A DNA stretch of 63,836 nt, the filler included, from Perkinsus chesapeaki ATCC PRA-425 (taxonomy: Eukaryota > Protista > Perkinsozoa): the NCBI GenBank assembly GCA_013115145.1. It is 11 parts of 11 records of this genome, joined end to end, with 100 filler letters (N's around TTAATTAATTAA, not from the genome) between each part and the next. Parts side by side here need not be neighbours in the genome. Positions count along the whole stretch, not along the records: positions 43,097 to 53,676 come from JAAPAO010000885.1; positions 53,777 to 58,293 come from JAAPAO010001252.1; positions 58,394 to 59,501 come from JAAPAO010002196.1; 8 more parts are not named here. The stretch is one strand, 5' to 3'. Each line of letters begins with the position of its first letter. Positions within the stretch are counted from its first letter, which is position 1. A model generated the notes under the pieces. The model searched no databases and was not told where the DNA came from. It worked only from the letters and a program-made list of their open reading frames with translations. Both the position numbers and the translations under genes were made by a program. Below are positions 46,880-59,302 of the stretch, piece by piece.

Positions 46880-48683
46880 TTGATGTGTCTCAGTCTGTAC
46901 ATCGTCGCGTAGCATCTCTTCTATAATAGTTGTGTGTACATAAAGGAGTATATACGTTTCATTATAGGCGGGGGTACTCAGCTCATGAGATGGTTTATAA
47001 CATCTGCTTGATGTTACCTAAATTATTTTGTCTCAGCTGTTCGTTTTCCGTGTTACGAGCTCAAATTTTGTTTCGGTTTATAGTGGTGTAATGTAATGGC
47101 GCTTAACACACCGCGAGATTATAAGCATCCCTTTCTGGTCCTTTCATGTAACTTGTATTTTTTTATAATATTGGTTATCGTACGTAACTTGCATCTATCT
47201 ATATAATACTCTAATTCTCCCCAGTAAACTTCATACTACTAACATAGAAACAACCTCGAGTATATACCTTCACCATGGTGTGTGTGAGTTTATAGTCCAG
47301 CGCCGGAATTTGCTCAGCCTTTTCACTCTGTGTAACAATACCTATACTGTTATTGTCACTGAATGATTTGATTTCTGACTCTTTTCCGCGGTATTACTTC
47401 ACATTATACGGCTTATATTATACATCCCCCTTCTCAGAATCACTCCAGCTTATCGGCAGGCTTGACTCTCCTTGGCATCTACAGGGAGGACACATCATGC
47501 TCTATCAGATTCTAGTTCGTCATCTGTGGCACGTATGTCACTATTACCGTCGTCGTCGTTATTAACAATCGAACGAATATTCAATCGATTTGAACTCTGG
47601 CGCAATTTCTTTTCTCGCGATGAGTTCGAGTTATTGGAGTGTTCAATTATCCGCATAATTGATTCTAATGGTCCCATATAAACTCGTAATAAGTGAGATA
47701 GTATATGAGCGCCTCTCCTCACATACCTTGGGTCCAAGCATATGCTCTGACGCATACCCGTTCATTGTGACCCCTCGCTCCTAATTAAGGAGTGGAGGGG
47801 TTCATCCGACGACCAGTTCACCGCGGCATAGTCCCGAATCGGGAGAATGTTATAAGGAGTAAAAACAGTGTTTTAAGAATATGCTGGGATAAAAAAGTAC
47901 ATTTGCGATTTCATAGAGTTAAAAAAGCTACCTTACAATACCTTGGTGAGAGTGGAGTGGTTACTGGCCCAGAGTGTAGATACTGGCCGTGTTACCAGGT
48001 AATTTGTAGTTATCTTGACGACAAAAAGCTTAACACTAGTGGGCAAGGTTGGATTAAATCGGAGTTCGTACTGGATAACTGACTGTGACAGTTACATAAT
48101 GTGAAATATTGTATACTGCAACTTAATAGAAATTAGTAGAATTAATAAGAGTAGGTCGTGAATCGGTCTAAATAAGACCGGGTCGATTATAAAAAAAGCA
48201 ACGGGAACTCGACGAAAACCGGAATAAGCATTGCGAAACCTCCTTATAAAATACCATCGGGACTCCCGATGGTTCCTTGGGCGCTCGATCGTTTACGACC
48301 AGTCATTTTCCAGACGACAACGTTATTCATAGGACTATGACTCGCCGACTATCTCACATACAAAGGGTATGTGATGTGGTAGTCACAAAAAGGGGGACAC
48401 CATTCAAACACAACAGAAGACGTAGGAAACCGATAGACTCGCTGAAAGTATCGTAGCGGAAAGAGGATTCAAATGATGAAAACTAAGCCTTGGCATGGTT
48501 ATGCTATACCCTCATTCCGCTTCATAAAATTTATACCTTTTCAGCTCCAAATCAGCCATTGTGTGTTCAATTTCAAGGCCTGAAACACACGGGTTACCCC
48601 TGAGGGGTGAGGGAGTTGATAATTGTTGATAACATTTATAATAATGTTTATGAAAAACAAGCTACTTTGGTAATAAGAGCTAT

Positions 48684-49331
48684 CTATTAGGCTAGTAAAG
48701 GGTAGCTATTAGGCTAGTAAAGGGTAGCTATTAGGCTAGTAAAGGGTAGCTATTAGGCTAGTAAAGGGTAGCTATTAGGCNNNNNNNNNNNNNNNNNNNN
48801 NNNNNNNNNNNNNNNNNNNNNNNNNNNNNNNNNNNNNNNNNNNNNNNNNNNNNNNNNNNNNNNNNNNNNNNNNNNNAGGCTAGTAAAGGATAGCTATTAG
48901 GCTAGTAAAGGGTAGCTATTAGGCTAGTAAAGGATAGCTATTAGGCTAGTAAAAGGTAGCTATCAGGCTAGTAAAGGGTAGCTATTAGGCTAGTAAAGGA
49001 TAGCTATTAGGATAGTAAAAGGTAGCTATCAGGCTAGTAAAGGGTAGCTATCAGGCTAGTAAAGGGTAGCTATCTAGTAAAGGGTAGCTATCAGGCTAGT
49101 AAAAGGTAGCTACCAGGCTAGTAAAGGGTAGCTATCTAGTAAAGGGTAGCTATCAGGCTAGTAAAAGGTAGCTATCAGGCTAGTAAAGGGTAGCTATCTA
49201 GTAAAGGGTAGCTATCAGGCTAGTAAAGGGTAGCTATTAGGCTAGTAAATGGTAGCTATTAGGCTAGTAAAGGGTAGCTATTAGGCTAGTAAAGGGTAGC
49301 TATCAGGCTAGTAAAGGGTAGCTATTAGGCT
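48684..49331. repeat. 22-bp satellite (with 18-bp deletion variants) spanning an N gap
   Basis: Unit TAGCTAT(T/C)AGGCTAGTAAAGGG; variant TAGCTATCTAGTAAAGGG. Confidence 0.97.
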
Positions 49332-49936
49332 GATAAGCGTTCGCATAACACCTGACAATGTCAGGCTGACATACAATACTTCTGGTGTCATGCTTACGCT
49401 GACGTGGGCGCCGCAAGCAGCCCCTGCGAAGGACACTATCACTCTTTATGTCCTGTTTGTTACTGTACGCAAATACGCACCTACCTTGCATTACGTTTTG
49501 CTCATGTGGCCGCACCACTCTCTTTGCTAATGCGTATCTTGGTGATGTGAGCCTGTCACGGATGGCCGTCCAGTACCATGTTACTGTAACTCAACAACAC
49601 TTAAGGGCTCGTACAGCTAACAAATAATGCATGTGAATGATCCAAAGCCATTATAAGAACACGATAACCGCTCCACGGCTATAGTGCGGTATACAGATTT
49701 CCATCACCAACAAGTCCTAGGTATGAACCGGAAGACTCAGAATAACACACTCCAATGCGAGTGAACAGAAAAGGGGGATTAAAAACAACCGATATGCTCT
49801 ACAGCTTTGATGTCATCGAACACAACAAGATGCTCACGGATATAGAATCGCAGACCGATCGAGAGGGGGGATTGCTTTCATCGGGCAGTTCAGCAGCAAC
49901 AGTGATTTAACACGCCTCAGGAATAATTAAAAAATA

Positions 49937-51454
49937 TTAACCATCCGTGGACCGAGTTGGTAACCCTCTCAATGTGCTGTCAAGCTCCAACACTACCGGC
50001 AAATTTCCATTGTTAAGATATTGCAGGTAGAAGCCCATAAAGTCAGTGTAACATATTCTAAAACAGGTTGATCGAACCGAGAGATTAATTTGGCTATTGA
50101 GGAAGGATCTGCCGATCACATTCCTGTCGTCTGACAAGTCAAGTTGTATACATCCTCTGTGCTCCGTAGCTTTCAGGTCATTAAATATGACTTCATCTTC
50201 ACCGAAATAGAATTGCATATCGGCCAGGCGGTTACCACTGTCATCTGAGCTTTCAACAACAACGGTCATCTTATAACCATCAGGAAACCTCCCAAAATAT
50301 GTACCATCTGGTATAGCCGATGTTGGCTTTGACAGGGGTAAACCCTCTATCTTACTGGAATCCAAACTTATAGAAGGATGAAGGCTCTGTGGCTTCGGAG
50401 TATTAATCAAGGTCAGCTCGTAATCTAACCCTTTGTCACAGAAGAAAGTGAAGTCATTATTCGCAGGCAAGTTCGCTGAATTTATCGAAGTCCTCGGTCT
50501 ATCCAGAAAAGATAATACCTTCTTCTTCCTTAATGGTGACAAGTGATCATCCCACGATCTTTTCCGTGAGTTCGATTTTCTCGATGGCCCAGCAGCATTA
50601 TCGTTAGTTGGTGTATTAGGCATGTGAAGCCTATAAGAATCGGTACTCAGCTTCGGCACGTCCAAATTATTGCGCAGTAGAGGTGCTTCAATAGGCGGTA
50701 AGCTTCTTCGTTCCTTGGGAGATGCTCGCTCTTTTACAGCCAAGGGAGAGAAATCAGTCGGTCCAGAACTCTCGCCAATCAATGATCCGACATAGGTTTC
50801 AGTGTCTACCACATTAGACGACAAGGGCACTTGTGAATGCATGCTTGCGCTTACCATGTTTGCCACAGGGGCATTGCTAGCTGGGAGTGATAGCTTCATC
50901 ATAAAGCCATGATCAGCTGAAACCGGTTGTCGGCGGCGGCGATTACTCCGCACTCCAAGTCCGGTAATTAGGCCGTAGAACGTCTTGCAGAATATAATAT
51001 TCTTGCCGATTCGCGCCCGAGGAGGCGGTGTTATACCCAGCCGTGAGGACAGATTCCGCATGAAACGATTAAATGCTTTTTGTAGATTATCATCCACACC
51101 AGGACCGAGATTGAAGCATGTCGGGTGTTCCAAGTGATGGAAGTCTCCCAGACTTTCTATCCTGCTTTGACTTTTTAGATACAGGGGGATGCTCTTAGGT
51201 GATTTGATCGGGACACCTTCAACTACGGCTGTTATATTAGCAACCTGCCCACCATTCTCGGTAGTAACATCCATCACAAAGTCTTTGAGACTTGCCAGTC
51301 CAGAGCACACTTTGTGACCTTCGCCTATCACGGCCTTGTACGTCCCGCTGGGTAGAACTTGACTTGTCACAGGAAAAGGTCCCCCGTGTAGACAAAATAC
51401 GCGCTCAAGGTCGATCAAAATGAGCCAGAGAAGATGAAGGGCTTTGGAAAGCAT
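49937..51454 (-). CDS. Intronless secreted orphan protein, 505 aa, with two related P-x-G-T-Y domains joined by a low-complexity linker
   Basis: Signal-peptide-like N-terminus; LPSGTYKAV and IPDGTYFG start similar modules. Confidence 0.75.
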   Translation of the reverse strand: MLSKALHLLWLILIDLERVFCLHGGPFPVTSQVLPSGTYKAVIGEGHKVCSGLASLKDFVMDVTTENGGQVANITAVVEGVPIKSPKSIPLYLKSQSRIESLGDFHHLEHPTCFNLGPGVDDNLQKAFNRFMRNLSSRLGITPPPRARIGKNIIFCKTFYGLITGLGVRSNRRRRQPVSADHGFMMKLSLPASNAPVANMVSASMHSQVPLSSNVVDTETYVGSLIGESSGPTDFSPLAVKERASPKERRSLPPIEAPLLRNNLDVPKLSTDSYRLHMPNTPTNDNAAGPSRKSNSRKRSWDDHLSPLRKKKVLSFLDRPRTSINSANLPANNDFTFFCDKGLDYELTLINTPKPQSLHPSISLDSSKIEGLPLSKPTSAIPDGTYFGRFPDGYKMTVVVESSDDSGNRLADMQFYFGEDEVIFNDLKATEHRGCIQLDLSDDRNVIGRSFLNSQINLSVRSTCFRICYTDFMGFYLQYLNNGNLPVVLELDSTLRGLPTRSTDG

Positions 51455-52431
51455 GAAAAGCTATATTATCCAGCCAATCCTGAAAATATAGACGATTGAT
51501 CCACGTAAAGCTCATTACGGCTCGTAACTCAGGAGCAGCTTGTATGAGATGGTAGCCGCACCCCAGGGATTTTCAGGAATTCTGGCGCGATGTCCTAATG
51601 TCATGCCGTGAATTCAAAGACATATCCGATCACTTTGTAAAAATACCGCTGACTCAGACCAAGAGACGGAGAATGCAGCATAGTCTAAGGACCATAGATG
51701 ATGATGAAGAGACGCCAAACGACTTTTCAGGTTGGCGTCTCCTCGTGTGGCCACACGTGTGGAAGAGCTCATGTAAACAGTATCTATTTATATTCAATGT
51801 CCCCATTGTGTGCGAACTAAGGTACCTAGGCTTACGCTAGTACTGTGAATAGTGTTGTGCCCGGACACGCGAACTCCCAAGAGGTGAGCTTTGATACTAA
51901 CGAAATCGAGTACAGCGAGCCACGAGAAGGAACAGCATCATCATCCCTGCCGCCGTGAATGGACGGGGCGACGGTCGGCGACCAAAAGCCGCGTAAAAGC
52001 ACGCGTAGTAGTCACTTTGCATCTCGTTTAGAAGGCTCTTTCGTGACCGCATCACTCTCTGTTAGAGAGTCTCTACTGATGAGTCTTCAATGATGAATGA
52101 ATTCAACTATGAAAGGCTCCGATGGGAGGACGATGTCAACAGTTTCACGGTCTGGATTCGAATGCCAGTGTAGAGAGACAACAATTATAGTGTGATTCTG
52201 TTCCGTCTTTGTTATTCTTGCAATCTTAACTAATCGCTACTTTGTGTGGGCACAAAAGATATGTCCCCGTTACTGTCCCCTAGCGCTAGTTGTAAGGATT
52301 ACATAGATTGATAAGTCTCTTTTGTGAATTGTATAAGATATCCACTTTGATATAAGGTTTATGATTGACCCTGAACCGAGTAGTGTTCTCAATAACTCGA
52401 CAACTGACAGCCAGACGATCTAAGTTAACAA

Positions 52432-52470
52432 ATATGACTAAAAGGACACTGAGTGTCCTTTTAGTCATAT
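52432..52470. repeat. Perfect 19-bp-arm palindrome with 1-nt spacer
   Basis: ATATGACTAAAAGGACACT-G-AGTGTCCTTTTAGTCATAT. Confidence 0.97.
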
Positions 52471-53776
52471 ATGCTGTGCGATGAGTCTCATCGCACAGCA
52501 GGAGACGGGGGATATGCGATGGAGGTTGGAGACGGCGAACAGGCTCCCAGGTGCCGTGGCGTCTCCTCATACGGGCGGACGAAAAATGTACCAAAGATGA
52601 TAGAGTTCTGAAAAAATGTACAAAGTCATTATTCGACTGCAATATATAGTTTGAATGTATACAGAGATTGGTATGATAGTCTAAGTTGGCAGTAGGAAAC
52701 TACCATACTTAGAAGAGACTGCAAAAGTTCTCCGATATGTTGTGATCACATGGAGACTCAGCGGTAGTAGAACTCGAGGTCATAGCGAGTGAATGGTAAC
52801 AGATTGATGGTACGGGCAGTACACAACAATTGTAGAGGTTATTGAGTGATATGCCACCATACGAAACGTATCCAACCGTTTCATCGGGGCGAATACAAAA
52901 GGATATATGAGAGATACATAGTAGGGCAAGAATCATCATAGTGAGTTATAATAATGAGATAATACTGAGAGACATGCAATTGCGGGTAAGAGAGCAAGTG
53001 GGATATATATACAGTAGAGTCCCAATTGGCTTCTGACAGATGCTGGTTTCGATTGACAGGGTAAGCGAGAATTTACTCCTCGTCTCATTGAACGTATCCA
53101 ATCCTGATAGGATAGAGGCGATGAAATCGACAGTTGACCATAACGAAGAAAGCTGCTGTTAATAGCTTCCATAAGGCGAATGTACGATACAATGTATTCA
53201 TCGCACGTTATGCCATCGGAGTCACCCGATATTACGAACAATGAGTCACGGTCATGTGTCGCACGGAGCAGAAATGTAACACCGCCGGTGGTCCAGCCGG
53301 TATGGCTTGTTCATCGAGGATTGCTCGGTCGGAAGTAATATTAGCAGCATTGAACGGTTTGTTGCTTGAGCGTGAGGAACGTACCCACTCTTGTCTCTCT
53401 CTCCCTGCTCCATTCGGTTAGACACGCGGGACAGATCGGCTGCACGAAGCATCATATCCCTCACATCACATATCTTTCAGTTGCGAACTGCTACGACAAA
53501 TTGATAAGGTAAATTCCATTGTTCCCATTGAGAGATTTCTTGGCCCATCTCTTCTCTCCCTGGAGGACACGGTCATCTTGAGTTTTGCTGGCGCGCGAAA
53601 ACCATTGATGTCGTGTGCCCACTAGGCATGACGAGTTATGATGATAAGTTATGTAGGTTTCAGTATATCTGCCTTTNNNNNNNNNNNNNNNNNNNNNNNN
53701 NNNNNNNNNNNNNNNNNNNNTTAATTAATTAANNNNNNNNNNNNNNNNNNNNNNNNNNNNNNNNNNNNNNNNNNNN

Positions 53777-54204
53777 GGTTTCTTATCAGGAAGAGGTATC
53801 TCACTTATAAGCTCTACCGTTTCACTCATTGATATCGCCTCAGTAGCATACTTTTCTGAAGTAAACTTACATGCTAGGGGTAACACAGTAATTTCAGTTA
53901 ACGCTGTTGAGCCACCAGAAGGATACTTGACCGTTGAGCTTGTTGATACCGAACTAGCTTTAGATGCTTCATTCCTGGCCTTCTCAGATTGTAATAGTTC
54001 AGTATAACACGCACGCCAACCAAGAACATCCGCCATAGATGCTTCCTCTCTCTTAATAGCACTCTTCACCAGTACATCAAATTCGTCTTGCTTAAGATAT
54101 ACAATAAAATGCGGGTCAGTAACATTGAGGAGCTTGCATAGGGACTTGAGCGACGGGTTCTCCACCATGTTATCCTCTAACTTGTTATCAACTCGATCAG
54201 TCAT
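53777..54204 (-). CDS. Orphan ORF running into the gap, possibly a gag-like N-terminus
   Basis: Open from ATG 54204 to the gap; helical composition; adjacent to the retroelement pol. Confidence 0.35.
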
Positions 54205-54311
54205 CTTATTAATAAAATACCATAGAAACTTCTCTTACATATACACATTCACACTAGCGCTATGACAACTATAGCTTAAATAACGGAGACAATAGTTGTG
54301 TCACTGGGACA

Positions 54312-56730
54312 CGACTACATAAGCCGAGTGTCAGTTGGGGCCCACCTACAGCGACAAAATATCTCGGGTATGTTTGGCGTACTGGCGACTACTGCGATGA
54401 GTTCCTTCCTACGTTCCGAGTACCTGAGGGGATAAACCTCGAGGAACCCCCCTCAAACTTCACTCGTCGACAACTATTCGCTCTTTGCCAGGGCCTCTAT
54501 GATCCCCTTGGTATGGCGTCGGAGTTCTCCCTATGTCTGAGATACTTCATGGCTACATACCATGCTACCGGCTCCACCGACGAGGCTGACAAGTCGAACG
54601 ATCTTCGGGATTCCCGTATCGACCCCGAAGGGGCTACAAACGTGCTCGCCTTTTGCCGGACACTCAGCACGATCAAGATAGCTTTTCCCAGATTTGTCGA
54701 CATTAGCAACGTATTGGTTTTCACCGACGCTAGCGTCTCCGCTGGTCACAACACTATACTCTGCCCAACCACTGTAGCCGATAGTGACAAGTTTTACCAC
54801 AAGCTAGTCGGTAAAGGACGTCTTTGGTCCACTCGAACCAGCCAGGCCCGCTGGTCGATTCCCAAAAAGGAGCTTGTATCCTTCTTTGACGGTCCTTCTC
54901 TCGCCACTTCCCTCGTCACCATCTACTCGGAGTTCGCTGCTGAAACTCCAATTAAGTGTATTTCTCTGTACTGCGACTCGGAGGCGTTCGTATATCGTCT
55001 GCGTAGAGCTTCCAAAGGCGACTTTCGAGAGAACCTATCCATTTTGCAGAAGAAGACACTGAAAAAAGGCCTACTCAACCTCGACTTCATCGCCAACACT
55101 CTACAGGTATCGGTAACCACCTATCACATCGAAGGAGAGTTCAACCCCGCCGATGCTGGGTCAAGACCCAAGATTGACGGTGAGCTACCTACCCTTCTCG
55201 AAGACTCCCTTATACATAGTGGTCATAACTTGATATTATACCACTTATGCCCGGTTACCGGTCTACTCCTATACAGTGGTGTCATCGACAGCAATGGCAA
55301 TACCCCATCTCGACCAGTGCTACCACGTGGACCCGGATGCGACGAAGTACTCAGTCTCTTACACGACAAGCTTGGTCATGATAGTACGCCCAAGCTGAGA
55401 TCCCTCTACAATGAAGCGTTGTCGCGTCGCGTCGCGTAGATCACTCCCAAGCTGCGAGTCGCGTTACTCTGTCTTCTGAATACATGTCATACCTGCCAGC
55501 TGGCTAAGAAGCAATCAGGTTACAAGGAGCGCGCTGGATGTGTACGACCTGCTCACTTTTGTTTCGACATCGGTCAAGTTTGGTGCCTTGATAACGCTGG
55601 CCCTTACCGTGGCCCTGTTTCCGATGAAAAGGTGTGGGTTCTCACCTGTACCGATCTGGTATCCCGCTTCTTACTGTAAGACTTGCCCTACAGCCACCTC
55701 TATGTGCTCTGCTCTGACCCAGTTATTCTCCGTCGTAGGCGACCCGGCGTGCATCACTGTTGATGCTGGATCAGCCATGACCAGTCGCGCTGTCGAAGGT
55801 TTTTGTGTGACGGGATCAATCGCCTTTACGGTCTTCCCCCGGCAGTCCAAGTTCATCGCCGCGGTCTACGAAAGAGCTTCTACTGAGCCAACTACGTTAT
55901 CGTTTACTACAAGAACAAGGTCAACCACGTCTCCTAGTAGACATAATCGCGGAAGCTGGGTATGCTATAAATGGCTCATCTCGTCATGATCTGGGCACTT
56001 TCACTTTCAACTCTTTCACTGTCGTCGACCCCGACTACTCGCCCCTGCGGAGGACCTAGAAGATTGGTCTCGATTTAAGCTTGAGCTATGGATTCCGAGT
56101 ATCATGGAAGGTCAGCCACCGTCAATGCCGACTACCTTGAAGAACATCTATGATGAGTTACGAGAACGCCATACTCGAAGCTTACTCGACTTCTTCACAC
56201 TAGTGAAAGAAGCAAAGAATAGAATCCGAGCTAGGGCTTCCAAGCTTCCTCATCAACCCGTGTTCAAGACCTTTGATGTCGGATCACTTGTCCTTGGTCT
56301 TGTACCTCCTCCAAAATGCTATACCGCTTACAAGAGATCGACACCGGCACTGAGCTCAAGTTCAAGGAGTGCTTTTTCAATCTTAAGCAGTATCATGCTA
56401 GCGACATGGTGAATGTCGAGTCATCAACCTCTAAATCGACTGCCTCCAAAGATGACATGACATTGGATTTGAAAGACGGTGACTTCTATTGTTTCCGATG
56501 GATTGACAGTCAAGGACATGAACACCGTGCTTCTGGCGAGTACGACGCTGAGTCTGAGGAGAGTTCACTTCGATGGATCTACTGAAATCCTGACTGACCA
56601 CCTCGATTCCCTGTATATGTGTGACATCGACGCCCACTACGAGGCCCCTTTGCGGATGACCAGATCCATTAAGAACTTCATCATCAACTTTGTAGGAGAC
56701 AACCTTGACCTATATGATAGTGATGACTGA
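54312..56730 (+). mobile_element. BEL/Pao LTR-retrotransposon pol remnant (post-RT connection, RNase H, integrase), decayed
   Basis: KYLGYVW, TRRQLFALCQGLYDPLG, VFTDAS, WSIPKKEL, LYCDSE, HIEGEFNPAD..SR, H-x3-GH..CHTCQ and ITVDAG; in-frame TAG at 55437-55439 and later frameshifts; RT absent. Confidence 0.88.
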
Positions 56731-58393
56731 GAGCGTGTTTTCGTGTGCAATTTCACGTATATTTTATTATTAATTCATAATATTTCTGTCCCCAGGAGTG
56801 TGTCATTCACATGACCGAAGCGAAGTGCATTTAGCGATCGTCCTCATCTGAAACAGTGTATAAAACCGCAACCGTTTCGGATACTCATGCTCGTAACAGA
56901 GTCAGTTCGTAACTATATATAACTTTTTGATTTACCTATCCTTTGTTGCGCTGTGACCAAAGAAACGGCAAAACATCGATAGATCGTCGAGTTTGGGTGC
57001 AATGCGAACCGTGGTTATATAATACAATTGTTGTACGTATCGACTGTTGAAGGCGAAGCAACGCTTGTTGGATGAGCAGTGAATTGTGTAGCAATGGTCA
57101 GGTATCTTAGTGTACATAAGAATAAATGCATCTGGTCAGTACGGGCAGAGGAGGGAAACTTGAATAGGTCAGTGTGGCGAAGTTGAAGATGCTTCATGCA
57201 CGGTGTTTGATGGCGGATCAACAGTTAGCCCCCATGCATATGTTCGGACTGACAGTGTATAGTGTTTTGTTTAGAAAGTGTTTAGGAAAGCCGTGTGAGA
57301 AGGCCGAGTGATTGCCAGAGACAAGACACTTCGAGCCGGAGTTCAGAGGAAGTTCAGAGTTGAGAGTAGCATGATTAGTATGTACGACAGTACGCTACTT
57401 CTGATTGAATGATATGAGTGAGGACCAGTAATATGAGTGTCGCCTTCATGAATGAGTGGATGGCATTCTTATCTTGGGAAGTGAGGTGGTACCGTACACC
57501 GAGATTGCACACAAAAGTAGCGTTGTAGAATAACAGGGTTGGTAGTACAGTGTAGTTCTAGTAGCGCAACTTCCAGAGAAAGAGAGAACGTTATAAAGAT
57601 GACGCTGCAAAATAACGTGACCTATCAAGATCTGATTTGAGGGAAAGCGTGATTATGTAATGACTCAATGACTTCGCAAAGGACAGTATCCTTCGTTTGC
57701 ATTACAAGTAAGGTTGACCACGAAAAACGTACTCGATAGGTTTAGGTGATGTGTTTCGCGTAGTTGTAGAATAGTGGCGTCGCGTGTTGCGGCTCACTCC
57801 GTGGCAACGCGCGCCGAGCCGAGTGTAAATCCTTTATCAACCTTATTATGAAAATCTAGACTCACGATATCAGACAATCGCTTGAATGGGTGAGCGTGTA
57901 GTAGGCATGAGTGCATGGTCATTTCCATCGTTGCGGTCGAAATTTATCTTTGAAAAGATGCCTGCTATTCTTGGTAGTAAAGTTGAAAGCGCATTGCTCG
58001 TAAGCGGGTTTAGATTATCGACGACGTGTCAGCGAATGATGAGGGGCCGCATAAGGGATGGTATAAACCAGTTATGAGTGATCTTCGAACATCTGTCGAA
58101 GGCAATGGTCACGTTCATCCCCAAGCTATAGTGGACAAGGGAAAGTTCACATCGTAAGCATAAAGCCAACACAGATGTGACCGAGAAAATGGGCAGACAT
58201 ACTCTATCTACCAAACATCACGGTTACCTTGCATTCAACCTTTGCTCCGTGTATCCTTTAGATTCGGTGTAATGGGTAAGGACATGACGAAGTNNNNNNN
58301 NNNNNNNNNNNNNNNNNNNNNNNNNNNNNNNNNNNNNTTAATTAATTAANNNNNNNNNNNNNNNNNNNNNNNNNNNNNNNNNNNNNNNNNNNN

Positions 58394-58560
58394 CACGCCA
58401 GATGGCAGTACGAGGTACCTTGTCGAAGGCTGCTTTCAAATCCAGAAAGACAGCGGAGAGCCTACCTTCATTAAAGTTGCAAGCTTCCTGGCATCGTTGA
58501 AGTACATCTACTGCATCTTTGGTCCTTTTCCCCGACAAAACTCTCTGCCAGAGGTTTTAA
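58394..58560 (-). mobile_element. Non-LTR (LINE) reverse transcriptase fragment
   Basis: GKRTKDAV..AVFLDLKAAFDKVP matches the LINE RT 'GRSTxDA..vflDlxkAFDxV' region. Confidence 0.75.
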
Positions 58561-58619
58561 CCTTTGCCCCAGTACACAAGGGCATCAGGAATACTCGTTG
58601 GATTATTCGACCACTGCTG

Positions 58620-59115
58620 ACATAGTTGGTGTAAAATCCCAAGAGTATGCTCACCACCTCGCGACAGCCCGATGTCTGATAAATAGAGTGTTCTCATATG
58701 TTGGAGTACTTACGATATTATCTTCTGATAATGATAGGGGATTTACTGGTTAATTCCCGGAAAAGCTGTAAGATTTATCAAGTATTAAACATAGAACGGG
58801 AACCATTTATTATCCCCAGAGTCAGGGAATCACTGAAAGAGCTATCCGAAGTTTGAAAAGTGCTTTGAGTGGTTTGGTGAATCCTCAGTGGGATAATTGG
58901 GATGATCACTTACAGCTAGCATTATGGAATATTAAAAGTACCAAAAATGAGAGTCTTGGTATTTCACCGTTCGAATATGTACTCGGTCAAATGATAAGGA
59001 TGCCTATAGAAGCGGTCATTGTGGATACAGACCCATTGTTTGCCAATGATAAGAAGCTGCGTAGAAGTGCTGCTCAAATTGAAGATTGGAGACGAAGGTT
59101 GTTGCATATCAGAGC
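58620..59115 (+). mobile_element. Decayed Ty3/Gypsy-type integrase core
   Basis: LSSDNDRGF (stops follow), YYPQSQGITERAIRSLKSAL, WDDHLQLALWNIKST..SLGISPFEYVLG..RMP. Confidence 0.85.
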
Positions 59116-59302
59116 TATGGCTCCAAATCCGGCTCTTCTCGTCACTCAAGTCCATCATTGAAACGAACGCCTCCAGCGCAGCCACTTGAGGACTCAGTCC
59201 CACCTTGCCAGAGAAGCTCAGGCTGTAGTCCACCCACATTGACTAGTGGTCTTCAACGCCGCAAACTGAGCTCGGTAACTACCGCTCGAATTACCGAAAG
59301 CC

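Noticed and set aside
52200-53640. Possible multi-exon membrane-protein gene on the minus strand
   Set aside because: Hydrophobic fragments exist but no coherent model or family could be established.
3443-55439. Genome-wide TAG reassignment (TAGs at 3443, 3689, 55437)
   Set aside because: Other genes appear to end at TAG (for example 45034-45036), and the Pao TAG sits in a decayed element where Trp would be expected; ordinary nonsense mutation is simpler.
57780-57830. GC-rich hairpin as a Helitron 3' end or terminator
   Set aside because: No adjacent CTRR end or T-tract; imperfect stem.
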